Positions 30,306-40,835 of a DNA stretch of 64,000 bases are shown here, piece after piece. Position 1 is the stretch's first letter, and the number at the start of each line of letters is the position of its first letter. The DNA is from Corynebacterium sp. Its GTDB lineage: Bacteria; Actinomycetota; Actinomycetes; Mycobacteriales; Mycobacteriaceae. Under the pieces are notes generated by a model. The model was not told the origin of the DNA. It was given only the letters and a program-made list of their open reading frames with translations, and searched no databases. Both the position numbers and the translations under genes were made by a program. The stretch lies in the NCBI GenBank assembly GCA_034091885.1, contig JAXFXA010000052.1, forward strand, positions 2,963 through 66,962, written 5' to 3'.

Positions 30306-31001
30306 ATGGCTGGTGCAGTAGGTAGACCGCGGAAGCATGGTCCGCGCCGTCGTGGCAGCTCCGCGCGCGAGGAGATTTTGGATGCTTCCTCCGAGTTGTT
30401 TACAACTCAAGGTTTTGCCACGACTTCTACTCACCAGATCGCTGAGGCAGTGGGTATCCGTCAAGCAAGTCTTTATTATCACTTCCCCTCAAAGACAGAG
30501 ATCTTCTTGACTCTGCTGAAGTCCACGATCGATCCTTCTTTTCAGCTTGCCGATGAACTAGCGACTTCCGCTGCTTCTCCCGAACTTCGCCTGTGGGCTT
30601 TGGTGGCGGCTGAGGCTCGTTTGTTGCTGACCAGCGGGTGGAACGTCGGGCGTCTTTATCAGCTTCCTATCGCTAACGCTGAGGACTTTGCCGATTACCA
30701 CCAGCGACGTAAGCAATTGCAAGATATCTTCCGCCAGATTGCACAGGCTATCGTCGGCGAGGACGATCCCCGCGCCGATCTTCCTTTCTTCCTAGCGTTG
30801 TCCGCCATCGAAATGCGCGACAATACTGGTAAGGCTCCTTTCGAGCGCTCAACGATGCAGCTTCCTTCTACTGCCATCATGCTTGCCGATGCCTCCCTCA
30901 ACGTCCTCGGCGCAAAGTTCCCCGACAACCGTGAACAAGCAACACTGGATCTTATTACCTCTATCGAGGAAAAAACTGAGGGGAATAAGAAAACTACATA
31001 G
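30306..31001 (+). CDS. amtR: TetR-family nitrogen regulator AmtR
   Basis: MAGAVGRPRK...AREEILDASSELFTTQGFATTSTHQIAEAVGIRQASLYYHFPSKTEI. Confidence 0.93.
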   Translation: MAGAVGRPRKHGPRRRGSSAREEILDASSELFTTQGFATTSTHQIAEAVGIRQASLYYHFPSKTEIFLTLLKSTIDPSFQLADELATSAASPELRLWALVAAEARLLLTSGWNVGRLYQLPIANAEDFADYHQRRKQLQDIFRQIAQAIVGEDDPRADLPFFLALSAIEMRDNTGKAPFERSTMQLPSTAIMLADASLNVLGAKFPDNREQATLDLITSIEEKTEGNKKTT

Positions 31002-31020
31002 CACTGACTGCAATATAAGT

Positions 31021-31057
31021 TAAGGGGTGTGACCGCTTGTGGCGGTCACACCCCTTA
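31021..31057. terminator. Bidirectional terminator amtR/purH
   Basis: TAAGGGGTGTGACCGC-ttgtg-GCGGTCACACCCCTTA, 16-bp stem between convergent genes. Confidence 0.9.
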
Positions 31058-31078
31058 TTTATGGCCGTATATACACTC

Positions 31079-32635
31079 TTAGTGGAAGAAGTGACGAGTT
31101 CCGGTGAAGTACATTGTCACGCCAGCTTCTTTCGCTGCAGCGATGACTTCTTCATCGCGGATGGAGCCGCCTGGCTGGACGACGGCTTTGACGCCGGCAT
31201 CGATAAGCACCTGCAAACCGTCAGCGAATGGGAAGAATGCATCGGAAGCTGCGAATGAGCCCTTGGTGCGGTTGGTGGCATCGGCAAGCGTATTTGCCCG
31301 ATCGACAGCCAAGTGCGCAGAATCCACACGGTTGACCTGGCCCATGCCTACGCCCACGGTAGCGTTGTCCTTAGCCAGCAAAATGGCGTTCGACTTCACT
31401 GCGCGCACTGCGCGCCACGCGAACTCGAGCTCAGCCAACTCATCAGCAGACAATGCCTCGCCCGCTACCAAAGTCCAATTCTCAGGCTTGTCGCCGTCTG
31501 CTTGGTAGGTGTCAGGTTCTTGGGTCAGCAAACCGCCGGAGATGAACTTTTGCTCCTGCTGTGGCTCTTCATACTCAGCAACCAAAACGCGCAAGTTTGG
31601 CTTCTCAGAAAGAATGTCTACTGCGCCGTCCTCATAAGAAGGAGCCACGATAACTTCAGTGAAGATCTCTTTGACCTGTGCAGCCATTTCTTTGGTGACC
31701 TCGCGGTTGACCGCAATAACGCCACCGTATGCCGATACCGGATCACATGCGTGTGCGGCGCGGTGAGCTGCTGCAATAGATTCCTCCGACACAGCGATCC
31801 CGCACGGGTTTGCGTGCTTGATAATGGCCACACAAGGGCGCTCGTGGTCCCACGCTGCCCGCCAAGCGGCATCTGCGTCTTGGTAGTTGTTGTAGCTCAT
31901 CTCTTTACCATTGAGCTGCTGCGCATTTGCCAGCCCCTTGGTACCGATTCGAGTCAGGTAAGCCTCTTGGTGTGAGTTTTCGCCATAGCGCAAGGAGGTT
32001 GGTACAGAAGCCGCATCCGCTGTGCTTAATCCCTGCTGCGCGAGCTGCTCAGCAAACCATCCCGACACTGCGGCATCATAATCAGCGGTGTGGTAAAAGG
32101 CCTGAGCTGCCAGCACGCGGCGCTGAGCGATGGTAAAACCACCCTCCTGCACTGCCTGAGCCACATCACCATAGCGGGCAGGGTCAACGACAATAGCGAC
32201 CGATGGGTGATTCTTTGCCGCCGCGCGAACCATGGACGGGCCACCGATATCGATCTGCTCTACACATTCATCAAAGCTTGCACCGGAATCTACAGTCTCA
32301 CGGAAAGGATAGAGGTTAACAACCACAAGCTGGAAAGGCTCAATATCTAGATCTGCCAGCTGCCGCAAGTGATCCTCCTTGCGGGTATCTGCCAAAACAC
32401 CTGCGTGGACGCGAGGGTGAAGCGTTTTCACGCGGCCTTCCAAGCACTCAGGAAATCCAGTGAGCTTTTCAACTGGGGTAACGGCAATACCAAGATCAGC
32501 GATCTTGGCAGCCGTAGAGCCGGTGGACACAATTTCTACACCAGCAACGTCCAGTGCACGCGCTAGGTCTTCCAACCCAGTCTTATCGTAGACGCTAATG
32601 AGTGCTCGTTTGATCTGCTTACGGTCATCGCTCAT
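31079..32635 (-). CDS. purH: Bifunctional AICAR transformylase/IMP cyclohydrolase
   Basis: [49 protein letters not shown]. Confidence 0.97.
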   Translation of the reverse strand: MSDDRKQIKRALISVYDKTGLEDLARALDVAGVEIVSTGSTAAKIADLGIAVTPVEKLTGFPECLEGRVKTLHPRVHAGVLADTRKEDHLRQLADLDIEPFQLVVVNLYPFRETVDSGASFDECVEQIDIGGPSMVRAAAKNHPSVAIVVDPARYGDVAQAVQEGGFTIAQRRVLAAQAFYHTADYDAAVSGWFAEQLAQQGLSTADAASVPTSLRYGENSHQEAYLTRIGTKGLANAQQLNGKEMSYNNYQDADAAWRAAWDHERPCVAIIKHANPCGIAVSEESIAAAHRAAHACDPVSAYGGVIAVNREVTKEMAAQVKEIFTEVIVAPSYEDGAVDILSEKPNLRVLVAEYEEPQQEQKFISGGLLTQEPDTYQADGDKPENWTLVAGEALSADELAELEFAWRAVRAVKSNAILLAKDNATVGVGMGQVNRVDSAHLAVDRANTLADATNRTKGSFAASDAFFPFADGLQVLIDAGVKAVVQPGGSIRDEEVIAAAKEAGVTMYFTGTRHFFH

Positions 32636-32839
32636 AAACGTTGAGCCTTGCCTTCCTTGGAAAATCACTGCGCAATGAATACAACCAGTCTTGCCTTCCG
32701 CGACTAAACCCGACAGACAGCACTTCAGGTGTCTTCATCACGCGCTTTACGATGATGAATTATGCAATACAGAGTAAATGATAACCAGACCATGTCCTAG
32801 AACGCGATTCATGCGAGGACGTGACTGTTATCGAAGCGG

Positions 32840-33457
32840 TTAAAGATTAATGGTTATCGTGTCGCCATCGACTACGGCGGCGTTGAGCACATCAACAATG
32901 AGCCGACGTTCAACTTCTTTAATGCGCTCGTGCAGAGTCTCCTCCGTATCATCGTGGCGAATAGCAACAGGTTGCTGCGCGATAATTTTTCCGGTATCAA
33001 CCCCAGCATCCACAAAGTGAACCGTAGAGCCAGTCACTTTCACGCCATACGCCATGGCATCACGCACTCCGTGAGCGCCGGGAAACGCTGGCAACAGGGC
33101 TGGATGCGTATTGATGGTCTTTCCTTCGAATTTTTGCAAGAACTTTTGCCCAAGAATTCGCATAAATCCTGCCGAGACAACGACGTCTGGTTCACCTACC
33201 GCGCTAACTAAGGCTTCATTCCAAGCGTCACGATCTGCGCCCAGCGCCACAATTTCTGTCGGAACACCCGCTGCATTAGCCCTTTCGATGCCGTAGCAGT
33301 CTACATCGGCAACGACCTTGACCACACGATAATTATCACTTTGGTTATCTAAGATATTTTGTAATAACGACCCCGTGCCAGAAACCAGCACGACCACATT
33401 TAGAGGCGTCTTGACTGTTGAGTTTGCGGGAGAATTTGAAAAAGCCTGTACATTCAC
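32840..33457 (-). CDS. purN: Phosphoribosylglycinamide formyltransferase
   Basis: VVLVSGTGSLLQ, SAGFMRIL, NTHPALLPAFPG, GVDTG. Confidence 0.96.
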   Translation of the reverse strand: MNVQAFSNSPANSTVKTPLNVVVLVSGTGSLLQNILDNQSDNYRVVKVVADVDCYGIERANAAGVPTEIVALGADRDAWNEALVSAVGEPDVVVSAGFMRILGQKFLQKFEGKTINTHPALLPAFPGAHGVRDAMAYGVKVTGSTVHFVDAGVDTGKIIAQQPVAIRHDDTEETLHERIKEVERRLIVDVLNAAVVDGDTITINL

Positions 33458-33498
33458 GCCCCTAGCCTATCTACTCCCCCAGACAAAAGAAACTAGGG

Positions 33499-35103
33499 TT
33501 AGCTATTGCTCTCGGCGTTGGTCTCTGTGTCATCATCATTAAACAGATCAGCATTGTCTAGTTCCGGCACCACAGTTTCTTCCGGTGGCACCGCCTCCGG
33601 TTCTGGATCGGAGGCAGTCACAATTGGTATGTCCACGGCGGGTTCTGTTGACGGCTCGCCTGACTCTGTTTCAGAACCAACTGCGGCTACTGTTGAATCA
33701 TCCAGTTCCTCTGCCATGGCTTCCTCGCTGGTTTCCGCATTATCAACTGCGAGAGATTCAGTAGCAACTGCGAAAGCCGCGGGCGTCGCTGATTCAATAG
33801 TTTCATCCGCAGATGCAGCGGAAGCGGTGGAGTCAGAATCGTGGGCATCGGCAGCCTTCTTTTCTGCAAGGAAGTAGAAAGCGGCCGCAGCGATGAGGTT
33901 TATTCCTGAGACCCACATGACGGTGAGCAATGTGTTCAACCACAGCAAAGGACCAACAGGTGCGTAGTAACCCACAATGCCCATATTGAGGAAGCCCAAA
34001 AGCAACATCACGAGTCCCGCGAAAACTCCTGATAATACAGCGGTCCACAACTGTGGACGCGCGCGATAAGCGCCAAAACCTAATACTGCGACGATAACAA
34101 GCAATAACCATGGAGACCAGCTCGGTGTAGCTCCTGGAATAATGCCCAAAATTGGCAGCGGCGGAAGTGGAACCAAGTGCACACCAAACAAGCTCAAACT
34201 TGCTTGTCCCATGTGGAACTCACCGCCTAAGAGGATTCCGCCGGCAGCGATGAGCACGTTGGGCACATACGCAACCGAAAGACCAATAAGCGCCATCGTG
34301 CCACGAGAATCAAGCACGGGATAGCTGCTTAAGAGCTCTGCTTGCCGGTCTAATCCCAAGAAAAACAGGGCAGTGATAAAAACTGCGGCTAATGCCCCAA
34401 TAATAAGGAGGAAACGAAGCCCCAAGCGTGCAGCATCGATAAGAAACTCCGGAACGCCATAACGCTTCGCCAATGCCCGCCACAAACGCGGACCTAATCC
34501 TAGGGCAAAGACAAACAGGTGAAATAGCACCAGTCTAACCAGGCTTGATGCAACTGGCGGGGGTGAAATCGCATAAACCTTGCCGGCATCCCACAACATA
34601 AACCACGTCACGGCAAAAAACAGCAAAGGAACGACGACAGCCCACCCGAGCAATGCCAGAAGGTCGTTGATGCTAACGCGATGTTTGATGGCTCTGTAGA
34701 CACTCGCCGCTACTGCCCAAGCCAAAACAACGCTGAGAAGCATAGGAACGACAGAGATGACTACCCCGTTAAACACTGCCGGCGCTTGGTTAGCCACCAT
34801 CCAAGATTGAGCAATGACAGACGGTATCCACGCCGCAGGAGAACTGGTCAGCAAAATAGTGGCTAAAGCGACGACTGCTATCGCCGCAAAAACCACGGTG
34901 TGAGGAAGAGCCACTACAAAAAACATTCGACGTATGCGTTTGGGCCACGTCATGTTCTCATGCACGCGACGCGCTTTCGCTTCTTTGGCTACAGCATTAA
35001 CCGCTTGTGCTGCAGCAGACGCAGAACCATTTCGACTACGCGCGCGGGAGGATGATCTAGGACCGGTAGCGGTCCGCGACTGGGGTCTAATTTTCTTGTT
35101 CAT
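33499..35103 (-). CDS. PerM/DUF6350-type integral membrane protein
   Basis: About 10 TM segments, WMVANQAP, PPLPILG, acidic C-terminal tail; upstream of purN as in actinobacteria. Confidence 0.75.
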   Translation of the reverse strand: MNKKIRPQSRTATGPRSSSRARSRNGSASAAAQAVNAVAKEAKARRVHENMTWPKRIRRMFFVVALPHTVVFAAIAVVALATILLTSSPAAWIPSVIAQSWMVANQAPAVFNGVVISVVPMLLSVVLAWAVAASVYRAIKHRVSINDLLALLGWAVVVPLLFFAVTWFMLWDAGKVYAISPPPVASSLVRLVLFHLFVFALGLGPRLWRALAKRYGVPEFLIDAARLGLRFLLIIGALAAVFITALFFLGLDRQAELLSSYPVLDSRGTMALIGLSVAYVPNVLIAAGGILLGGEFHMGQASLSLFGVHLVPLPPLPILGIIPGATPSWSPWLLLVIVAVLGFGAYRARPQLWTAVLSGVFAGLVMLLLGFLNMGIVGYYAPVGPLLWLNTLLTVMWVSGINLIAAAAFYFLAEKKAADAHDSDSTASAASADETIESATPAAFAVATESLAVDNAETSEEAMAEELDDSTVAAVGSETESGEPSTEPAVDIPIVTASDPEPEAVPPEETVVPELDNADLFNDDDTETNAESNS

Positions 35104-35540
35104 CGCCTTCTAACCTTGCCAGAAGAACCTGTGGTTTTTGGGTTGGCACCCCGAGACCATCCCAATGTGGTCGTGTCCAGCCATGGGTTAAGTCTCAACT
35201 ATCAAGGCAGGTTCTCAACAGCTTTAATATATAAGGAAAGAATTACACACTGTGTTTGTAAACCGTGACGGCTCTTTTCTAGTTTTGTTGCAAAAATGTA
35301 GGTACATTTCTGCAGTTTTTAAAAGCGGAGGGGTAGTAATTTCCGCGTGTGCCTGATCACACTTTCCCTTATGCTGCTTATTTTAGACACAAGATGTCGT
35401 TTTAACGTTTAGCACCCCTGTACTGGAGAAACAGCGTAAAGCAACCTCACCCACCAGGGCGCGAAATTCACCAAATTCGACATTTTTACCCGAAACGGGT
35501 TGCTCGCCGACCGATTAGGCATTAAGGTTACCTCTCGTTG

Positions 35541-35558
35541 GTAACAGTAAGGTCACAA
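35541..35558 (+). promoter_or_regulatory. MtrA-like direct repeat upstream of M23 peptidase
   Basis: GTAACAG-taag-GTCACAA, 11-bp period, resembles the RTAACAA direct repeat. Confidence 0.5.
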
Positions 35559-35666
35559 TCCGATAAACAACACCACTGTGATGTAACACTTGCTTCGAGG
35601 CGCACAATGGCACCTCTAATCACTTAAAGGTGATCGGATTATGGACAAACAATGGGAAGAAGATTA

Positions 35667-36446
35667 ATGCACAGCAAGACTCAGCGGACCAGCGCTGGCC
35701 GCCACCGCAAAGTCAATACTGCTACGACCGTCAAAGGTCGCATTGCTTTGGTCACCGTTGCCGCTGGCGCTGTGTCTACCGCAGGTATTGGCGGTGCAAC
35801 CGCAGCCCAACTCCAAGGCGAAGGCTCCGCAACCACCAAGACTCAAGCCATTGACTTCACCTTGGCCCAGGATGCGTCTTCACTCTTAAACAACGCAGCC
35901 TCTGATGCACAGGCAGCAGTAAACGCTTCTCTTGCATCCACTCCGCAGATTTTGACCCTTGCAGAGGCTAAGCCAGTTACAAATCTTACCGAACAGCTCA
36001 ATAAAGCCATTCAGGCTTCCGAGGTTCGCGCCGCAGAAGACGAAGCAGCCCGTGCTCCTTCCGTCGTTCGTCCGGCAGATGGCGTTTTCACCTCCGGATT
36101 CGGCCCACGTTGGGGCTCATTCCACTCCGGAGTCGACATTGCTAACACCAATGGCACCCCAATCATCGCCATCATGGATGGCACCGTGATGGATTCCGGT
36201 CCTGCTTCTGGTTACGGCAACTGGATTCGCATTAAGCACGATGACGGCTCCGTTTCCCTTTACGGCCACATGGAGTCCTTAGACGTTGCTGTCGGTCAGC
36301 GCGTCACCGCAGGCCAAAAGATTGCTGGTATGGGCAATCTCGGTTTTTCCACCGGTACGCACCTGCACTTTGAAATTCACCCAGACGGCACCAATGCAGC
36401 AGACCCCGTTGCATGGTTTGCAGCTCGCGGCGTAAATATTTCTTAA
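35667..36446 (+). CDS. M23 family metallopeptidase (MepA-like)
   Basis: GRHRK N-terminal motif, HSGVD (HxxxD), YGHM, HLH. Confidence 0.93.
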   Translation: MHSKTQRTSAGRHRKVNTATTVKGRIALVTVAAGAVSTAGIGGATAAQLQGEGSATTKTQAIDFTLAQDASSLLNNAASDAQAAVNASLASTPQILTLAEAKPVTNLTEQLNKAIQASEVRAAEDEAARAPSVVRPADGVFTSGFGPRWGSFHSGVDIANTNGTPIIAIMDGTVMDSGPASGYGNWIRIKHDDGSVSLYGHMESLDVAVGQRVTAGQKIAGMGNLGFSTGTHLHFEIHPDGTNAADPVAWFAARGVNIS

Positions 36447-36489
36447 AAAGCTTTACGTACATCCTTCGGGTGTAGATATAGACGTATTT

Positions 36490-36531
36490 AAAGGGTTTTC
36501 CCTTCCAGCTAGCTGGAAGGGAAAACCCTTT
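36490..36531. terminator. Perfect 42-bp palindrome acting as probable terminator
   Basis: AAAGGGTTTTCCCTTCCAGCT|AGCTGGAAGGGAAAACCCTTT followed by TCTTCTTTT. Confidence 0.85.
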
Positions 36532-36668
36532 CTTCTTTTCACATTCTCCCTCTTGCTCCTTCATTGCTTACCGAGTAAGCTACTTGTTACTTACTGGGTA
36601 ACCATGCGGTTGCAGGGGTTTAACACTCCTACCCCAACCCCCAAGTAAAGATACGTCCAAGAATCACC

Positions 36669-37226
36669 ATGGAGGATGAATTGAGTATCAAACATTCTCT
36701 CCTCGAGCTATTGCTTCCCGCTCCGGCATCAGCAAGTCAGCTTCAAGAGAGATTCGATAAAGAACTGTGCGGACAGTGGCCACTTAATATTGGCCAAGTC
36801 GCCCAAACGCTCGATCGGTTGGAAAGAGACGGCTTTATTACCCCAGCGGGTACGACTACTGGTCCGACTGGCCGCCAATCTGAGCTCTATGCCATTAGCC
36901 CAGCAGGCAGGGAAGAGCTGCAGTCATGGTGGGATTCACCCATCAACCAGCCTCCTAACAAACGCGACGAGCTGGTAATAAAACTTTCGCTTGCAGCACA
37001 GCATCCTGCCCATAACTTTGTGAGCATCCTAGACAACCAGCGCTTTTCCACATTGCGGCAGTTGCGTCTGCTTAACGAGCGCGCCGCAGAATTGCCTGCT
37101 GATCGCAGTGCCCCGCGCTTGGACATAGAGCGCAGAATTTTTGAGCTTGAAGCTACCTTGCGTTGGCTCGACCGCATCGAGGCTTTGCCCTCCTCCGACT
37201 CCCCACTACCGAATAAGGACAACTAA
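36669..37226 (+). CDS. PadR family transcriptional regulator
   Basis: SIKHSLL, WPLNIGQVAQTLDRLERDG, YAISPAGREEL, RDELVIKL. Confidence 0.9.
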   Translation: MEDELSIKHSLLELLLPAPASASQLQERFDKELCGQWPLNIGQVAQTLDRLERDGFITPAGTTTGPTGRQSELYAISPAGREELQSWWDSPINQPPNKRDELVIKLSLAAQHPAHNFVSILDNQRFSTLRQLRLLNERAAELPADRSAPRLDIERRIFELEATLRWLDRIEALPSSDSPLPNKDN

Positions 37227-37227
37227 C

Positions 37228-37917
37228 ATGGATTCTCCTCAACACACCGTTGAATTGCGCGATATTTCCTGCACTTTCGGCGAGGGCGCCCGCCAAGTAC
37301 TAGCTTTGGACCGAGTGTCTTTGGCATTAAAGCCGGGTGAACTGGTTGCAGTAATGGGGCCATCTGGCTCAGGAAAATCAACGCTACTTAATGTCGCTGG
37401 ACTTCTACATCCTCCTACGTCCGGTGAGGTACTACTATCGGGCAAGCCGGCGACGTCTCTAAGTCCCACCCAAGCAGCAGTCTTGCGGCGTCGGGAGATC
37501 GGTTTCATTTTCCAAAACTTCAACCTTGTATCTACCCTAACCGTGGGCGAGAACGTCACACTTCCGCTAGAGCTCGACGGTCTCCCCCCTAATGAATGCG
37601 CACAAGCTGCAGAGATCGCACTAGCTGAGGTAGGGCTGGCAGGTCTGGCGGAACGCTTTCCTGAGGAAATCTCCGGTGGACAGGCCCAGAGGGTTGCCAT
37701 TGCCCGCGCGCTCATCGGCGACCGCAAAGTCGTGCTTGCCGATGAACCCACGGGCGCTTTAGACACCGCCACTGGCGATGCAGTGATGCAAATTTTGCGC
37801 GAACGCGTTGACACGGGTGCTTCTGGCCTCCTAGTGACCCACGAGCCGCGCTACGCGTCATGGGCTGACCGAGTTCTTATGATGCGCGATGGTCGCATTA
37901 CTGGTGAGGGGGCGTAG
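37228..37917 (+). CDS. ABC transporter ATP-binding protein (LolD/MacB type)
   Basis: GPSGSGKST, ISGGQAQRVAIARAL, LADEPTGALD, VTHE. Confidence 0.94.
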   Translation: MDSPQHTVELRDISCTFGEGARQVLALDRVSLALKPGELVAVMGPSGSGKSTLLNVAGLLHPPTSGEVLLSGKPATSLSPTQAAVLRRREIGFIFQNFNLVSTLTVGENVTLPLELDGLPPNECAQAAEIALAEVGLAGLAERFPEEISGGQAQRVAIARALIGDRKVVLADEPTGALDTATGDAVMQILRERVDTGASGLLVTHEPRYASWADRVLMMRDGRITGEGA

Positions 37918-37922
37918 GTAAC

Positions 37923-40835
37923 ATGCAATCGTCAGCACACAGCCGATGGACAGAAATTGTCGCGGCAACCCGCCCGATGCGCCGCGATATGTTTTCTAAG
38001 CCTCTACGACTTATCGCAGCGGTATTGCTCATTCTCATTCCCGTGGCTATTGCAACCAGTGAGGCTATAAATACGCAATCATTGTCGGCATTGAGTTCAG
38101 GGTCGACGGTGATCGATGGTGCATCGGAAAGCACTTCTGCAGAAAGATTCACCGGTGAGATTTCTTTCTACGGCTCCGACGCATCGTGTCAACAAAACGG
38201 TACTGGTTCCCAGCAGGAATGCACCTCAGCCACGGGTGAGCCAATTTATAGCTCTTGGCCTACTCCACTACCAAGCGAGATTGATACAGCTGCGAGTCAC
38301 CTACCCGCTGGAACAAAGATGGACACGGAAGGACAAATTTCACCAACATTCTTAAAAGGTGAGGCTTCGAGCTCTGGCGATGTCAAAGTCTTAAGCTCCC
38401 CTGCCTTATTGGACAATATTCCCGAGGAAAAGCGGCCTGCAGCTGGCGAGATTCTTCTTAGCCAGACAACCGCCCGCGAGCTAAAAGCCAGCATTGGCGA
38501 TGACATAGGTCTACGCTACGAAACCCGTGCCGGAGTAAGCACTCAAACATTGCACATCAGCGACATAACCCCTACGTGGGATTCAATGGTGTTGGCTGAT
38601 TCTTTACCCGGCGAAGTTACCTATCCTTATCTGTACGTACGCTATTCCTCCCCAACACAAGTAACCTGGCAACAGGTTGAGACTTTAAACGCAGAGGGGA
38701 TGACGCTTACATCCGCCCAAGCGGTGGCCAATGCCCCCGAGCATGCGACTGCAGATCTCTCACACAGCACGACAGACCGCGCGTATGCAATTGTTGGAAC
38801 TGTTTTCGCCATCATGTTTTGGCTATCTGCCTTAGCCATATTCATGCTATTTATTGCTCCCATCTTTGCCATAGCGTTTTCTCGGCATACAACACTTTTC
38901 GCCTTCATGTTGACCCAAGGTGCTACTCCCCGCCACATTCGTTTAGCCGTTTTGACCTTCGGCTTCTTTGCGGCAGTCATAGGAATAGTGCTCGGAACAG
39001 TGCTGGGAGGAGCCTACGAAATAGGCCGCTGGACCATAAACTTTCCTGGTTGGCCAGTTGCTATTCCGTGGGGAAGAATCGCAATCATTGTCTCCTGCGC
39101 GTTCGTAGTCACACTAGCGGCGGCTATGGCACCTGCAATCCTTATCGCACGAAACTCCCTAGCTACTGCCATTCATGGAGCTGCTCCCGATCGCATTATC
39201 CATTGGCGCAAATGGATGACTATTGGTCCTGTCTTAGTAGCCACCAGCCTTCTTGGAATGCTGGCTAATGCCCTACTGCACTTCCACGTTATCAACGACC
39301 TAATTGCCCCTGTTGCGCTGGTTGCATGCGTATTCCTGCTCATTTGTGGCATCGCCTTAAGCGGGCCAGCATTGATTGTTCTCATCAGGATAATAACGAG
39401 GAATATCGGGTTCACTTCGACCTTTGCATGGCGATGTTCCGGACGGTTCCTGGCGCGCCGGTCCCTGCACGCAATCCCAGCGATTGCTATTATCACCGTG
39501 CTCACTGTTGCCGCCGCCTACTTTACGGTAGATGCTGAAACGAATGAGCGTGCCAATGCTGCACAAAGGTCTGCCATTCACCCAGACAACTTTGGTTTCT
39601 TCCTCAAATCCTCGGCTCGTACGCATTCTGATCAACTCAAAGCAGTTCAGGTTGAATCTGACCTAGCGTATGAAATGCTAGACGGCACTCGACGCATCCC
39701 TCTTCGCGGTACCGTACAAATGACAGATGAGTACGACAAGGATCTAGAACACCGCGTTGCGGACGATGACACCACAATTTCTCAGTCCATTACGTTTGAG
39801 ATCGAAGGTGCCAATGTCTGTCACGTCAATGACGTTAAGGACATCACTGATAGCTTTGGGAAATCGGCGTTTGAGGACCCAGTGGCCGCTCAAGCCTGTT
39901 CCGTAGAGCTTGGTGACCGAAGTGCTAGCTCTCCGCTGACGTATGCCAATGCTTCGTCTTATATTCTTTCTTCCACCGATATTGACTTATTTACATTCCG
40001 GAATGAAGAAGAAAAATTACAGGCACAAAGAGTCTTAGATGCCGGCGGTGTGCTTGTACCTTTCGGCGCGGGTGCGGGTGAGCTAGACACAACTACTGTG
40101 GTTGCAAAAGAAGGTACCGCCCTGGGTGATGATCACACGCCACCCGTACTTTCCACAGTTGGCAGTGCAACTTTGCCTATTGCAGAAGTTCTGCCAAAGG
40201 AAGTGGTCAACGTAATAATTTTCAGTCCCGCTGCTGCCGATGCCCTCTCACTCGCCCCCATTGATTTGGGTATGGCAATTGAGTTTGCCCAAGTTCCAGA
40301 CAAGCAGGCGCTCATGGATTTTCAAGACATCATCTATCACCAGGCGGCGTTTACTGGAACCGATGCACCATATTTAGATATCGCTGGTGATCATGACTAC
40401 TACGGATGGGTGATGTCAACCCTGTTGACCATCTACGGACTCATTGCGTTCGTTTTGTTGCTCATCTTGGTTCTTAGCGCAGCGGGACAACGCCGCGATG
40501 CCCTAACTTTGCAGGCAATTGGAGCTACTCCGGCTACGACTGCTTTACTTGCTGCCACACAAACATGGTTGCTTGCAACAACGGCAATGGTGACGGGGAC
40601 GGTAGTAGGTCACATTATCTCCCTAGTACATTCCACCCCAATGGTAACGAGCGCTGCGGGCATAATAATTGATCATGGCACTCTTCCGTACTTCCGCATC
40701 AGCTGGCTGTCGGTGATGTGGTGTCTGATTGTACCGCTAGTGGGTGCAGCAATGGCGTGGGTTTTTCACGGCCCTGGATTACGCAAGAACCTCGCTTCTG
40801 CTCGGCGTAGCGATGGTGCCGGCGCGCTTTCCTAA
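37923..40835 (+). CDS. FtsX-like ABC permease (double permease unit)
   Basis: 970 aa, two extracytoplasmic domains each followed by TM bundles; GATPRHIR and GATPAT FtsX signatures. Confidence 0.88.
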   Translation: MQSSAHSRWTEIVAATRPMRRDMFSKPLRLIAAVLLILIPVAIATSEAINTQSLSALSSGSTVIDGASESTSAERFTGEISFYGSDASCQQNGTGSQQECTSATGEPIYSSWPTPLPSEIDTAASHLPAGTKMDTEGQISPTFLKGEASSSGDVKVLSSPALLDNIPEEKRPAAGEILLSQTTARELKASIGDDIGLRYETRAGVSTQTLHISDITPTWDSMVLADSLPGEVTYPYLYVRYSSPTQVTWQQVETLNAEGMTLTSAQAVANAPEHATADLSHSTTDRAYAIVGTVFAIMFWLSALAIFMLFIAPIFAIAFSRHTTLFAFMLTQGATPRHIRLAVLTFGFFAAVIGIVLGTVLGGAYEIGRWTINFPGWPVAIPWGRIAIIVSCAFVVTLAAAMAPAILIARNSLATAIHGAAPDRIIHWRKWMTIGPVLVATSLLGMLANALLHFHVINDLIAPVALVACVFLLICGIALSGPALIVLIRIITRNIGFTSTFAWRCSGRFLARRSLHAIPAIAIITVLTVAAAYFTVDAETNERANAAQRSAIHPDNFGFFLKSSARTHSDQLKAVQVESDLAYEMLDGTRRIPLRGTVQMTDEYDKDLEHRVADDDTTISQSITFEIEGANVCHVNDVKDITDSFGKSAFEDPVAAQACSVELGDRSASSPLTYANASSYILSSTDIDLFTFRNEEEKLQAQRVLDAGGVLVPFGAGAGELDTTTVVAKEGTALGDDHTPPVLSTVGSATLPIAEVLPKEVVNVIIFSPAAADALSLAPIDLGMAIEFAQVPDKQALMDFQDIIYHQAAFTGTDAPYLDIAGDHDYYGWVMSTLLTIYGLIAFVLLLILVLSAAGQRRDALTLQAIGATPATTALLAATQTWLLATTAMVTGTVVGHIISLVHSTPMVTSAAGIIIDHGTLPYFRISWLSVMWCLIVPLVGAAMAWVFHGPGLRKNLASARRSDGAGALS

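Noticed and set aside
32636-32839. ZMP/ZTP (pfl) riboswitch upstream of purH
   Set aside because: The conserved GACUGGCG...GUGG...CCAC...CGCCUGGGC elements are not recognisable on the minus strand
35346-35361. Possible GlxR site CGTGT-N6-TCACA in the perM/M23 intergenic region
   Set aside because: Two mismatches and no independent support; kept only as a note
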